64,000 nucleotides of DNA, taken from positions 64,478-128,477 of the forward strand of contig CAKPAI010000001.1 of NCBI GenBank assembly GCA_934133005.1, in the 5' to 3' direction. The translations under genes were made by a program, and so were the position numbers. The DNA is from an uncultured Clostridia bacterium. Its GTDB lineage: Bacteria > Bacillota > Clostridia > TANB77 > CAG-508. The notes beneath the pieces were generated by a model that was not told the DNA's origin, searched no databases, and worked only from the letters and a program-made list of their open reading frames with translations. Positions 11,838 to 20,810 of this stretch are shown one piece after another (the stretch's first letter is position 1; each line of letters begins with the position of its first letter).

Positions 11838-12422
11838 TTATAAACTTTGATTTCCATCTGTATCATCATTAAACGGAATAAATTTGCTTACTATATTTGT
11901 TGCAGAAATTATACCACCCTCCGCTGAATTTTTATGTTCTTCATATGATAATGTTATCTTATTTTCTATTAAGTTTTCAACTTCATCTTCGCTTGCATGT
12001 TCTGCTAAGACAAGTTCACTCACTAGAATTTGCTTTGCATTATTAAGCATCTTTTTTTCACCTGTTGATAGTCCTTTTTCTTTTTGTTTATAACTCAAAT
12101 TTCTAACAACATCAGCTACTTCATATATATTTCCACTTTTCATCTTTTCCATATTTTCTTTATATCTTTTGTTCCAATTTTGAGACATTTCAGTTTCATC
12201 TGCTGAAAGTACTTGTAGAACTTTTCCTGCCTCTTCTTTATTTATAACATTTCTAACCCCTATCTCTTGTGCTTTAGAAGTTGGAACCATAACCTTTACT
12301 TCTCCTGGCATTTTGATTATATAATAATCTTGTTTCTCACCTAATATATCTTTTTGTTCTATTGCATCTATTGTACCTGCTCCATGCATTGGGTATACTA
12401 TTTTGTCTCCAATATTAAACAT
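11838..12422 (-). CDS. CarD/CdnL-family RNAP-binding transcriptional regulator
   Basis: N-terminus MFNIGDKIVYPMHGAGTIDAIEQKDILGEKQDYYII matches the CarD_CdnL_TRCF domain. Confidence 0.7.
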   Translation of the reverse strand: MFNIGDKIVYPMHGAGTIDAIEQKDILGEKQDYYIIKMPGEVKVMVPTSKAQEIGVRNVINKEEAGKVLQVLSADETEMSQNWNKRYKENMEKMKSGNIYEVADVVRNLSYKQKEKGLSTGEKKMLNNAKQILVSELVLAEHASEDEVENLIENKITLSYEEHKNSAEGGIISATNIVSKFIPFNDDTDGNQSL

Positions 12423-12542
12423 GTTTTACTCTCCTTCCATATTATATAATTTTTTCTATATTATTATAGAAAAATATGTATTTAAGAGGTTCATAAAGGT
12501 TTTATAATCTCTTCAAACTACGTTTCTATTATAACACAAAAA

Positions 12543-12573
12543 ATGGCAAAAGTCAAAGTTTTTGCCATTTTTT
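12543..12573. terminator. rho-independent terminator (bidirectional A/T flanks)
   Basis: ATGGCAAAAG-TCAA-AGTTTTTGCCAT followed by a T-run. Confidence 0.5.
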
Positions 12574-12641
12574 ATGTCGTTCATTTTGCCTGAAATTTGA
12601 GGCTTTTCATGTTTTTACTAAATATTTTTTATATTTTATGT

Positions 12642-13103
12642 CTATTTATTTGTTGAACCAAATCCACCTTTTCTAACTCCTGTTGCATTATCGTTATCAA
12701 CTGTTAGATATTTCATAAATAAGGCTTGCCCTATACAATCGCCTTTTTTTATTTCACTATCACTCTCAGAAAAATTATAAAATGCAAACATAACATGTCC
12801 ATCATTATTTTCATTCCCATAATAATCTGAATCTACAATTCCAACGCTGTTTGCCATTACTAATCCTTTTTTTCCAGGATTAGAGCTTCTATTACATAGC
12901 ATAATATACTCATCATTTTGGCAGTATACTTTTAGTCCAGTTTTTACAAGTGTTGGCTTTTGTCCTGGTTTAAATGCAGGTACTATTGTATCTTCAGCAG
13001 CTTCTATATCATAACCTGCTGAATTCTTTGTTTTTCTTATTGGAAGATTTATTTCTTTATCTTCCCAACCTTTTGCAATTTCAAATCCTCTTAATTTCTC
13101 CAT
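12642..13103 (-). CDS. dut: dUTP diphosphatase
   Basis: dUTPase motifs (AGYDI, GIVDSDYYG, GFGSTNK region). Confidence 0.8.
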   Translation of the reverse strand: MEKLRGFEIAKGWEDKEINLPIRKTKNSAGYDIEAAEDTIVPAFKPGQKPTLVKTGLKVYCQNDEYIMLCNRSSNPGKKGLVMANSVGIVDSDYYGNENNDGHVMFAFYNFSESDSEIKKGDCIGQALFMKYLTVDNDNATGVRKGGFGSTNK

Positions 13104-13156
13104 TTATTTTTCCTTCCTTCAAGTTTTAAAAAGCTTGCCTAAAATTTTATAATATT

Positions 13157-13690
13157 TTAGTAGTTTTCTGCTTTTACTTCAAAGAAAGATTGTGGGTGAT
13201 TACATACTGGGCAAACTTTTGGGGCTTCTGTACTAATTACTATATGACCACAGTTTCTACATTGCCAAATTGTTATACTTCCTTTTTTGAAAACTTCACC
13301 TTCTTCAACATTTTCTAAAAGTTTTCTAAATCTTTCTTCATGAATTTTTTCAATAGCTCCAATTCCTCTGAATTTTGCAGCTATCTCAGTGAATCCTTCT
13401 TCTTCTGCTTCCTTTGCCATTCTGTCATACATGTCTGTCCATTCATAGTTTTCACCAGCAGCTGCCGATGCAAGATTTGCTTTTGTATCACCTATTCCAT
13501 TTAAGTATTTGAAATGAATTTTAGCATGTTCTTTTTCATTTTCAGCTGTTTCTAAGAATAAAGCTGCTATTTGTTCATATCCTTCTTTTTTTGCAACACT
13601 TGCAAAATATGTATATTTATTTCTTGCTTGAGATTCCCCAGCAAAAGCTTCCATTAAATTTTTTTCTGTTTTTGAACCTTTTAATTCCAT
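13157..13690 (-). CDS. rbr: rubrerythrin
   Basis: Ferritin-like di-iron E..EH motifs plus a C-terminal rubredoxin CxxC...CPVC. Confidence 0.9.
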   Translation of the reverse strand: MELKGSKTEKNLMEAFAGESQARNKYTYFASVAKKEGYEQIAALFLETAENEKEHAKIHFKYLNGIGDTKANLASAAAGENYEWTDMYDRMAKEAEEEGFTEIAAKFRGIGAIEKIHEERFRKLLENVEEGEVFKKGSITIWQCRNCGHIVISTEAPKVCPVCNHPQSFFEVKAENY

Positions 13691-13901
13691 ATTATTAACC
13701 TCCTAAAATTTGCAAAATTTTTTGTTAAATTTTGCCCTCTGTTCCTATATTTATATTACATTCTAGTATTAAAGTCAAGCAATTTTTAGCATTCGACAAA
13801 ACTTCTAAAAAAATTTGGTTGTTAGCTTACAGACTTCGACAGACTTTTTAATTTTTGCGTTGTATAATTATGTCATCCTCTATAGAAAGGAGGTGAGCAA
13901 G

Positions 13902-14036
13902 TTGAATAATCAGAATCGAAAGAGAAAAAATACCAAAAAGAAACCTTTCAAATTTTTACATAGTATATTAATTATACTTAAGTATTTTTTGAGGATTTCT
14001 CAGGTATTGAAATCAATTATTGATTTATTTCATTAA
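13902..14036 (+). CDS. small basic/hydrophobic peptide (44 aa), candidate type I toxin
   Basis: TTG start 8 nt after AAAGGAGG, in frame with track ORF 13815-14036. Same promoter/SD/terminator/repeat architecture as the three 22-aa modules. Confidence 0.4.
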   Translation: MNNQNRKRKNTKKKPFKFLHSILIILKYFLRISQVLKSIIDLFH

Positions 14037-14040
14037 TTGA

Positions 14041-14075
14041 AAAAAGCAGGCATTAGCAACATGCCTGCTTTTTTA
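14041..14075. terminator. bidirectional rho-independent terminator
   Basis: GCAGGCATTAGCAACATGCCTGC followed by TTTTTT, with an A-run upstream. Confidence 0.6.
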
Positions 14076-14115
14076 TTTCCTCTAATAGAAATTTGGTTTG
14101 TTGAATAATCACTTC

Positions 14116-14150
14116 AATAATTATTATACTATATTCTAAAATTTTTGCAA
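14116..14150 (-). promoter_or_regulatory. convergent sigma-A-like promoter (TTGCAA-N16-TATAAT) reading antisense into the small-ORF terminator
   Basis: -35 at plus 14145-14150 and -10 at plus 14123-14128. A direct repeat GTTGAATAATCA at 14099-14110 copies the ORF start region 13901-13912. Confidence 0.4.
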
Positions 14151-14191
14151 CACATTTTTCAAAACTTTACTAAAAATCGTTCGACAAAAAT

Positions 14192-16582
14192 CTACTTGCT
14201 TCTTACTTCTCCAATTTTATTTAAGCTTGCAATTACTTTTTCTAGAACTTTATTAATTTCCTCATCTGTTAAAGTTCTGTCATTTGCGCCAAATGATAAT
14301 GAATATGTTAAACTCTTTTTGCCTTCCTCTATTCCCTTACCTTTATACTCATCAAATACTTTGCTTTCTATTAATAGTGAACCTGCAGCTTTCTTTATTT
14401 GTTTTGCAATTTCCATAGATTCTAAATTGTTATCAACAATAACGCTTAAATCTTTATTTACTGTAGGGTATTTTGAAATTTCTTTATATTTCATTTTTCC
14501 TGTTTTTTTGTCTAGTAATTTATCCAAGTTTATTTCCATTACAAAAATATCTTCTTTTGAAACCTTTGGATGTACTTTTCCAATTACTCCAACTATATCA
14601 TTATTTACTGATATTACTGCACTTTGACCCGGATGAAGCATATCTCCTGCTTTATCACTTGTAACAAAGCTATATCTTCCAGCATATCCTAGATAATCTA
14701 AGACTTCTTCTGCAATTCCTTTTATTATAAAGAAGTCTGCCTTTTTCTCTTCATGAATTCCTTGATAAAAATCACCTGTCATTAAGCAAGCAAGTTTATT
14801 TTCTTCATTGTATGTATCATTTTGCTTATAAAAAGTTTTTCCTATTTCAAATATTGAAACAGCCTTGTTGTAATGAGCAACATTGTATTCATAAATTTTA
14901 TATAAAGAAGTGATTATGCTTTGTCTTAAAGTGCTTCTTTCCTCTGTAAGTGGTGAAAGTAATTTTATGCTTTGTACTTCTTCTTTTCTATCATATCCTG
15001 CAAAATTTGAAGCTTCGTTTTCATTCACTAAAACATAAGATAAAGTTTCATTTAATCCTAAATTTACCATTTTGTTTCTTATTTCTCTTGTAACTTTATC
15101 ATAGCTTCCCATTTTAATTGGCATTACTGGAACTTTTGATTCAATATTGTCAACTCCATAAATACGGCCAACTTCTTCAACTAAGTCTTCTTTTATTGAA
15201 ATATCTAGTCTTCTTCTTGGCACGCTTACTGTAATGTTTTTGCCATCTTCTACATATTCAAATCCAAGCCTTGTAAATACATTTAAAACATCTTCATTAG
15301 GAATTACTGTTCCTAGAACTGCATTTATTTTTTCGTATGTTATGTCAATTTTTCTGTCTTGCATATCTTCTGTATTGTATTCTACTGTTCCTTCAAGAAC
15401 TGTTCCTAAAGCTATTTCTTCTAGTAATTTTGCAGCTCTTTCAACAGCCATGTAAGTTCTATTTGGATCTAATCCTTTTTCAAAACGATTGCTTGCTTCG
15501 CTTCTTACTATTTTTTGAGCAGTTTTTCTTACTTTTACAGAATCAAATATTGCAGATTCGATTATTACATTTTTAGTGTTTTCAGTAATTTCAGTGTCTA
15601 ATCCTCCCATAACACCAGCAAGACCAATAGCCTCTTTTCCGCCAGAAATTACTATATCATCAGTTGTTAATGTTCTTTCTATGTTGTCTAGTGTGGTTAA
15701 TTTTTCATTTTCGCTTGCCATTCTTACTTCAATTAAACCATTTAATTTGTCTGCATCATAGAAATGTAGTGGTTGGCCAAGCTCTAGCATTACATAGTTG
15801 CTTATATCTACAACATTATTTATTGGTCTTATTCCACAAGCCATTAATCTATTTTTTATGAAAGCTGGACTTTCTTTTATTTCCACATTTTCGACTTTTT
15901 TTGCTAAAAATACTTTGCAGTTTTCAGTATCAACTTTAACTTTGAAGCAATCTTTTACGCTTTTTTCTGACTCTTTATGAGATAAATCTACATCTTTTAC
16001 CTTTTTGTCATAAATTGCTCCAACTTCATAAGCCATTCCTAAAATGCTTAGTAAATCTCCTCTATTTGCTGTTAGTTCAAAATCAATTACACCATCATCC
16101 ATATTCATGTATTTAATTGGATTTTCTCCAACGGGTGCATCTTCTGGAAGTTCATGAATTCCTTCTTTATCTTCTGGCTTTAAAAACTTGCTATCTAGCC
16201 CTAGTTCTGCCATTGAGCAAAGCATTCCATCAGATTCTACTCCTCTTTTCATACTACTTGTTATAGTAATTCCACCTGGTAGTTTAGCTCCTGGAAGTGC
16301 AACTACAACTTTTAGTCCTTTTCTTACATTTGGTGCACCACATACAATTTGACGAACTTCGCTTCCTGTATCAACTTTGCAAACATGTAAATGGTCAGAA
16401 TCAGGATGCATTTCACACTCTAAAACTTTTCCTATAACTAGATTTGTAGCAGATATGAACTTTCCTTCTGAATCGTACTCGTTTCCTACTTTTGTCATGT
16501 TTTCAGCAAGTTCGTGAATTTTTTCTTCTGTATCAAAATCTATATCTAAATAATCTTTCAAAAAATTAGTACTTAATATCAT
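14192..16582 (-). CDS. pheT: phenylalanine--tRNA ligase beta subunit
   Basis: 796 aa with B3/4, FDX-ACB and tRNA-binding domains. Lies downstream of pheS. Confidence 0.95.
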   Translation of the reverse strand: MILSTNFLKDYLDIDFDTEEKIHELAENMTKVGNEYDSEGKFISATNLVIGKVLECEMHPDSDHLHVCKVDTGSEVRQIVCGAPNVRKGLKVVVALPGAKLPGGITITSSMKRGVESDGMLCSMAELGLDSKFLKPEDKEGIHELPEDAPVGENPIKYMNMDDGVIDFELTANRGDLLSILGMAYEVGAIYDKKVKDVDLSHKESEKSVKDCFKVKVDTENCKVFLAKKVENVEIKESPAFIKNRLMACGIRPINNVVDISNYVMLELGQPLHFYDADKLNGLIEVRMASENEKLTTLDNIERTLTTDDIVISGGKEAIGLAGVMGGLDTEITENTKNVIIESAIFDSVKVRKTAQKIVRSEASNRFEKGLDPNRTYMAVERAAKLLEEIALGTVLEGTVEYNTEDMQDRKIDITYEKINAVLGTVIPNEDVLNVFTRLGFEYVEDGKNITVSVPRRRLDISIKEDLVEEVGRIYGVDNIESKVPVMPIKMGSYDKVTREIRNKMVNLGLNETLSYVLVNENEASNFAGYDRKEEVQSIKLLSPLTEERSTLRQSIITSLYKIYEYNVAHYNKAVSIFEIGKTFYKQNDTYNEENKLACLMTGDFYQGIHEEKKADFFIIKGIAEEVLDYLGYAGRYSFVTSDKAGDMLHPGQSAVISVNNDIVGVIGKVHPKVSKEDIFVMEINLDKLLDKKTGKMKYKEISKYPTVNKDLSVIVDNNLESMEIAKQIKKAAGSLLIESKVFDEYKGKGIEEGKKSLTYSLSFGANDRTLTDEEINKVLEKVIASLNKIGEVRSK

Positions 16583-16593
16583 TATTCTTCCTC

Positions 16594-17631
16594 CTATTTA
16601 TCCATTCTGTCAAATTGTGACAAGAATTTTACATCATTTGCATAAAGAAGTCTCATATCTGTAATTCCATACTTGAACATTGCAAGTCTATCAAGACCTG
16701 TTCCAAATGCAAAACCACTATAAACTTCTGGGTCATATCCATTCATTTTTAAAACATTTGGATGAACCATTCCTGAACCTAAAAGTTCAATCCAACCTGT
16801 TTGTTTACATAGATTACAACCTTTTCCACCGCATTTGAAGCAACTTACATCAACCTCAAATGATGGTTCTGTAAATGGGAAATAACTTGGTCTAAATCTA
16901 AGTTTTGTATTTTCTCCAAGCATCTTTTTCATGAATATTTCAAGAGTTCCTTTTAAATCAGCAAAAGAAATATTTTTATCAATTACTAATCCTTCTACTT
17001 GATTAAATTGATGTGAATGTGTTGCATCATCCTCTTTTCTGTATGTCTTTCCTGGGCATATAACTCTTATTGGAGTTTTTTCTTCATTTGCCATCATAGT
17101 TCTTGCTTGAACTGCAGATGTTTGAGTTCTAAGTAGATATTCAGATGTTATGTAGAAGCTATCTTGCATATCTCTTGCAGGATGGCCCTTTGGAAGATTT
17201 AATCTTTCAAAACAGTATTCGTCTGTTTCAAGTTCTGGACCTGATACAACATCATATCCCATAGACACAAATAAATCTTCAACTTCTTCAATTACTCTAT
17301 TTAGTGGATGTTTGCTTCCTCTTTTTACTTTTGTACCTGGAAGACTTATGTCAATTTTTTCATCTTCTAACTTTTTAGCAAGCTCTTTTTCTTCAATTTC
17401 TTGCTCTTTTTTGTTTATTAAAGTTTCTATTTCAGCTCTAACACTATTTACCAAGCTTCCCATTTTAGGTCTTTCTTCTGGAGATAGACTTCCCATTCCT
17501 CTCAAAATTTCAGTAAGCTCACCTTTTTTTCCTAAAATTTTTACTTTTAAATCATTTAAATCTTGTCTTTCTTGAATTTTACTTACTTTTTCTTCTGCAA
17601 GTTTTTTTATTGATTCTAACTTTTCTTTCAT
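16594..17631 (-). CDS. pheS: phenylalanine--tRNA ligase alpha subunit
   Basis: Class II aaRS motifs ([24 protein letters not shown]). Confidence 0.95.
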   Translation of the reverse strand: MKEKLESIKKLAEEKVSKIQERQDLNDLKVKILGKKGELTEILRGMGSLSPEERPKMGSLVNSVRAEIETLINKKEQEIEEKELAKKLEDEKIDISLPGTKVKRGSKHPLNRVIEEVEDLFVSMGYDVVSGPELETDEYCFERLNLPKGHPARDMQDSFYITSEYLLRTQTSAVQARTMMANEEKTPIRVICPGKTYRKEDDATHSHQFNQVEGLVIDKNISFADLKGTLEIFMKKMLGENTKLRFRPSYFPFTEPSFEVDVSCFKCGGKGCNLCKQTGWIELLGSGMVHPNVLKMNGYDPEVYSGFAFGTGLDRLAMFKYGITDMRLLYANDVKFLSQFDRMDK

Positions 17632-17639
17632 TTAAAAAC

Positions 17640-17960
17640 TTCCTTTCTATATCAAAAATAGCCGTCACTATAAGCTTTTAGACTTATAGGACGACTATAT
17701 ATTAATCGTGGTACCACCTATATTCGTTATTTCTAACCTCATTATCTTTTAACGCAAGTTTACGGCCTTTTTTACTGCTATTTCAAAAAGACGCCTCCAA
17801 AGTGAAATTATATGCAACTAATATATAAATGAATTTCAGCCTAGTTCATTTTCTCTAAAATATATTTTGCAGTTGCTTTTTTGCTTTTTCTCAGGCTTTA
17901 ACTTTAAGTATTATATACTATTTTAGCAAGGTTTGCAATATGTTTTAGAGAAAATAAAAC
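17640..17960 (-). promoter_or_regulatory. T-box riboswitch leader of the pheST operon
   Basis: Minus strand carries AATATAGGTGGTACCACG (T-box consensus AAnnnGGGTGGnACCGCG) at plus 17703-17722, followed by a terminator hairpin CGTCCTATAAG...CTTATAGTGACG and a T-run. Confidence 0.65.
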
Positions 17961-18012
17961 GACTTTATTAGATGTTTATTTTTATTCATTTGAAATCTTA
18001 AAAGTGCCAAGA

Positions 18013-19884
18013 CTACACAAGCACCGCACGGAACCCGTAGATGCAAGCGGCAGTGCCATCAAGACGGTTGAAACAGAAGAGACCAGCACCGTAGCCAGTG
18101 CCCCACCCACCACCGCGAAGGAAGAACGGACCATCCAGTGAAAGAAAGTACGAGCAATCATTATACCAGCTCGAGTTACCATTTCCTTCTGTTGATGTTT
18201 CAAATATAGCACTACCGTATATTACTCTATTTACTTTGCTACCGTTAGTAGCACTCTGCAAGCCTTTTGCATAATTGTAGTTTAATATACTTGCTGCAGT
18301 GTAATCATCTCCACTATATGTTCCAGCTTTTTCATCTGGACTATATGCATACATAGTTGCATATTTACTACTTGCATTTAATAAATTTCCTTTTTCATCT
18401 GTTACAAATGCTTTTTTATTCTTCGTTGCACTTGTATATGCATTATAACTATTTCCATATGATGTATGGTTAGATGTTGTTTTATTTGTTATATAATCAG
18501 CTGTTCTTTCCCATTCTCCTCCTGACATATCAAATATTCCATACACATTTCCTGTTGTACTTGATTTTCCTCCACCAACTTCATTCCATACTTTTATATT
18601 AGCAGATTTTCTTTTATCTGCATCATTTACTTGATCTATACTTGATATTAATACAGAGCCGTCACTTGCATCTCTACTTGATTCTACTCCTGTTATAGCA
18701 TATACTCCTAAATATGGATTTACATATTTACCATTTCCATCTTTTGTGTCATCTGCAACTGTTCCACTTGCTGTTCCACTATTCATATTTACATTATTTA
18801 TATAAATATCATCTTTATTTAAACCATATTTACTTTTTCCTAAATATGCTGCAGCTCCCCATTCACTATTTTTCATTAAATGACTATCTGTATCACTACT
18901 TAATCCATATACATTATTATTTTCATTTAGAACACTACATAATGCAAATGCTTCTTTATGGTTTACATAGTTCATAGAATATGAAGTTCCTTGAAATGAT
19001 GGATAACTTATTTTTGTTTCTGTGTTTCCATACTCTCCATCAAGCCAGTTTCTTGCTTTTATACTACCATCAAATTTTCCAGTAGTTGTTACATCTTCTC
19101 CCTTATCGTTTTTACTTGTTTGCTCTGTAACTTTACTTTCTGCATATGCAGCCCATACACTACCTTGTGTATATTTTACTGTACTTTTTATATTTGGTGT
19201 AGAATTTCCATTTGATGTTGCAAATCCAGCCTCAAATTTTGCTACCCATATTCCAGTAAGTTCACTATCCCATCCTCCATTTGCAAATCCAATTGAGCTT
19301 TCATTTGTAAATGCTGGATGAACAGTATATTCATTACTTGTGTCTGGTGTATAATCTGTCGTTGCACGAGCTGCCTTTTTTATTTTTCCTTCTGATTCGT
19401 AATAATAATCAGTTTTTCCAATTAGAAATACCACATCAAATGTTTTTGTTTCACTATTTACTTTATATGCAAATCTTGGCACCCATACCCACATACTTCC
19501 ATCTTTAGTCTGCGCATTTGCCCAATGCTTTGCATCATAATCATACCATTTACTATCTCCAATAGTAGTTGTTTTTGCATTATACATTTTTGTAGTGCTA
19601 TTTTCTTCAAAATATATTGGTGTCATTCCTGTTTTTAAACTTGGTTTATTCACCCCATTATCATATTCAGATGATACTTGTGATATTTGAGCTTCAAGTT
19701 CTTCTATTGTGCTATACTCACCCTCTGTTGCATCTTTAGTTGCTTTTGCAGCTTCTTTTGCTCTTGCTATCAATCCATTTTGTCCTACTACCAAATTTAT
19801 TGATACACCTGCTAAAATTAAAAGTACTACTATTGTAACTACCAAAGCAACTAATGTTATTCCTAAATCCCTATTTCTTTTCAT
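18013..19884 (-). CDS. prepilin-like N-terminus / FGE-sulfatase (SUMF1-like) domain surface protein, copy 1
   Basis: N-terminus MKRNRDLG|ITLVALVVTIVVLLILAGV is a short basic leader followed by a hydrophobic helix, with Glu5 replaced by Ala. The C-terminal domain carries MWVWVPRF..., GIFDMSGGEWERT, RGGGW and GFRAVLV, all FGE-sulfatase hallmarks. A long S/T/N/G/Y-rich region sits in between. Confidence 0.6.
   Translation of the reverse strand: MKRNRDLGITLVALVVTIVVLLILAGVSINLVVGQNGLIARAKEAAKATKDATEGEYSTIEELEAQISQVSSEYDNGVNKPSLKTGMTPIYFEENSTTKMYNAKTTTIGDSKWYDYDAKHWANAQTKDGSMWVWVPRFAYKVNSETKTFDVVFLIGKTDYYYESEGKIKKAARATTDYTPDTSNEYTVHPAFTNESSIGFANGGWDSELTGIWVAKFEAGFATSNGNSTPNIKSTVKYTQGSVWAAYAESKVTEQTSKNDKGEDVTTTGKFDGSIKARNWLDGEYGNTETKISYPSFQGTSYSMNYVNHKEAFALCSVLNENNNVYGLSSDTDSHLMKNSEWGAAAYLGKSKYGLNKDDIYINNVNMNSGTASGTVADDTKDGNGKYVNPYLGVYAITGVESSRDASDGSVLISSIDQVNDADKRKSANIKVWNEVGGGKSSTTGNVYGIFDMSGGEWERTADYITNKTTSNHTSYGNSYNAYTSATKNKKAFVTDEKGNLLNASSKYATMYAYSPDEKAGTYSGDDYTAASILNYNYAKGLQSATNGSKVNRVIYGSAIFETSTEGNGNSSWYNDCSYFLSLDGPFFLRGGGWGTGYGAGLFCFNRLDGTAACIYGFRAVLV
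18150..19884. repeat. ~1.7-kb segmental duplication, copy A (pairs with 27010-28737)
   Basis: Positions 18160-19295 are identical to 27021-28155 base for base. About 95% identity extends to roughly 19690 and about 80% further 5'. Confidence 0.9.
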
Positions 19885-20107
19885 AAAAAAATCCTTTCTT
19901 TTGTTTTTTATTATTTTTTTCTATAATTAAATTTTTATACACTTAAATTAATTATTATCTATTATATTTATATCATTTCAAATATTCCAGTGAGTATTAC
20001 TCATGCTCAGGCAGTTATTTTTATTTTTCTTAATTTAATACTTTTCCTTTACTTTTTTTATGCCTTATAGTACAATGAGTAAGAAATTTTTTAGGAGGAA
20101 TTTATTT

Positions 20108-20671
20108 ATGGCAGGATTACCAATCGTTGTAAAATATATAATCGTATTTTTTGTTAGTATGGTTCCAATCGTTGAACTAAGAGGAGCAATACCAATTGCA
20201 GAAGGTCTTGGGTTAAATATATTTTTATATTATCCAATTGCAATAATAGGAAACATGCTTCCTGTACCAATCATATTCTGGTTTGCTAGAAAAGTACTTG
20301 AATGGGGTAAAGATAAAAAAATCATTGGTAAATTTTTCACTTGGTGCTTAGAAAAAGGATCTAAAGGTGGAGAAAAATTAAAGAAAACAGCTGGAAATAC
20401 AGGAACTTTCTGGGCTCTACTTCTATTTGTAGGAATTCCGCTTCCTGGAACAGGAGCTTGGACAGGAACACTTGCAGCATCATTTTTAAATTTAGATTTC
20501 AAGACAAGTATAACAGCTATTTCACTAGGTGTTATTCTAGCAGGAATTATAATGTCACTTGGTAGCAAAATCGTATCTATATTTGGCTGGCCAGGCGTTA
20601 TTGCAATTATAGCTGTACTTGCAGTAATTATTGCACTTTCAATTTTCTTAAAAAAGAGAAAACAAAAATAG
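20108..20671 (+). CDS. small multidrug export-like membrane protein (COG2426)
   Basis: VELRGAIP motif. Start set at ATG 20108 after AGGAGG. Confidence 0.55.
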   Translation: MAGLPIVVKYIIVFFVSMVPIVELRGAIPIAEGLGLNIFLYYPIAIIGNMLPVPIIFWFARKVLEWGKDKKIIGKFFTWCLEKGSKGGEKLKKTAGNTGTFWALLLFVGIPLPGTGAWTGTLAASFLNLDFKTSITAISLGVILAGIIMSLGSKIVSIFGWPGVIAIIAVLAVIIALSIFLKKRKQK

Positions 20672-20714
20672 AAATTTACTAAGTAACTTTTTCTAACTAA
20701 TTACAAATATAAAA

Positions 20715-20755
20715 AGGATATTAAAAGTTTTATACTTCTAATATCCTCTTTTTTA
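20715..20755. terminator. bidirectional terminator
   Basis: AGGATATT...AATATCCT stem followed by a T-run. Confidence 0.45.
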
Positions 20756-20810
20756 TTCGTAAATTTCAGTGCTACTTTTCTTCTTTAATTATTTTCTACT
20801 GAAATTTGTA

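Noticed and set aside
13815-14036. 73-aa ORF as called in the track
   Set aside because: The ATG-less 5' extension has no RBS and runs through the promoter. It is reinterpreted as a 44-aa peptide starting at TTG 13902 after AAAGGAGG, within the repeated small-ORF module.
18714-19508. Plus-strand ORFs inside the pilin/FGE genes (18714-18977, 19022-19321, 19311-19508 and identical 27564-28358)
   Set aside because: Antisense to the long minus-strand CDS. They appear twice only because of the 1.7-kb duplication, and their translations are H/L/Y-rich low complexity.
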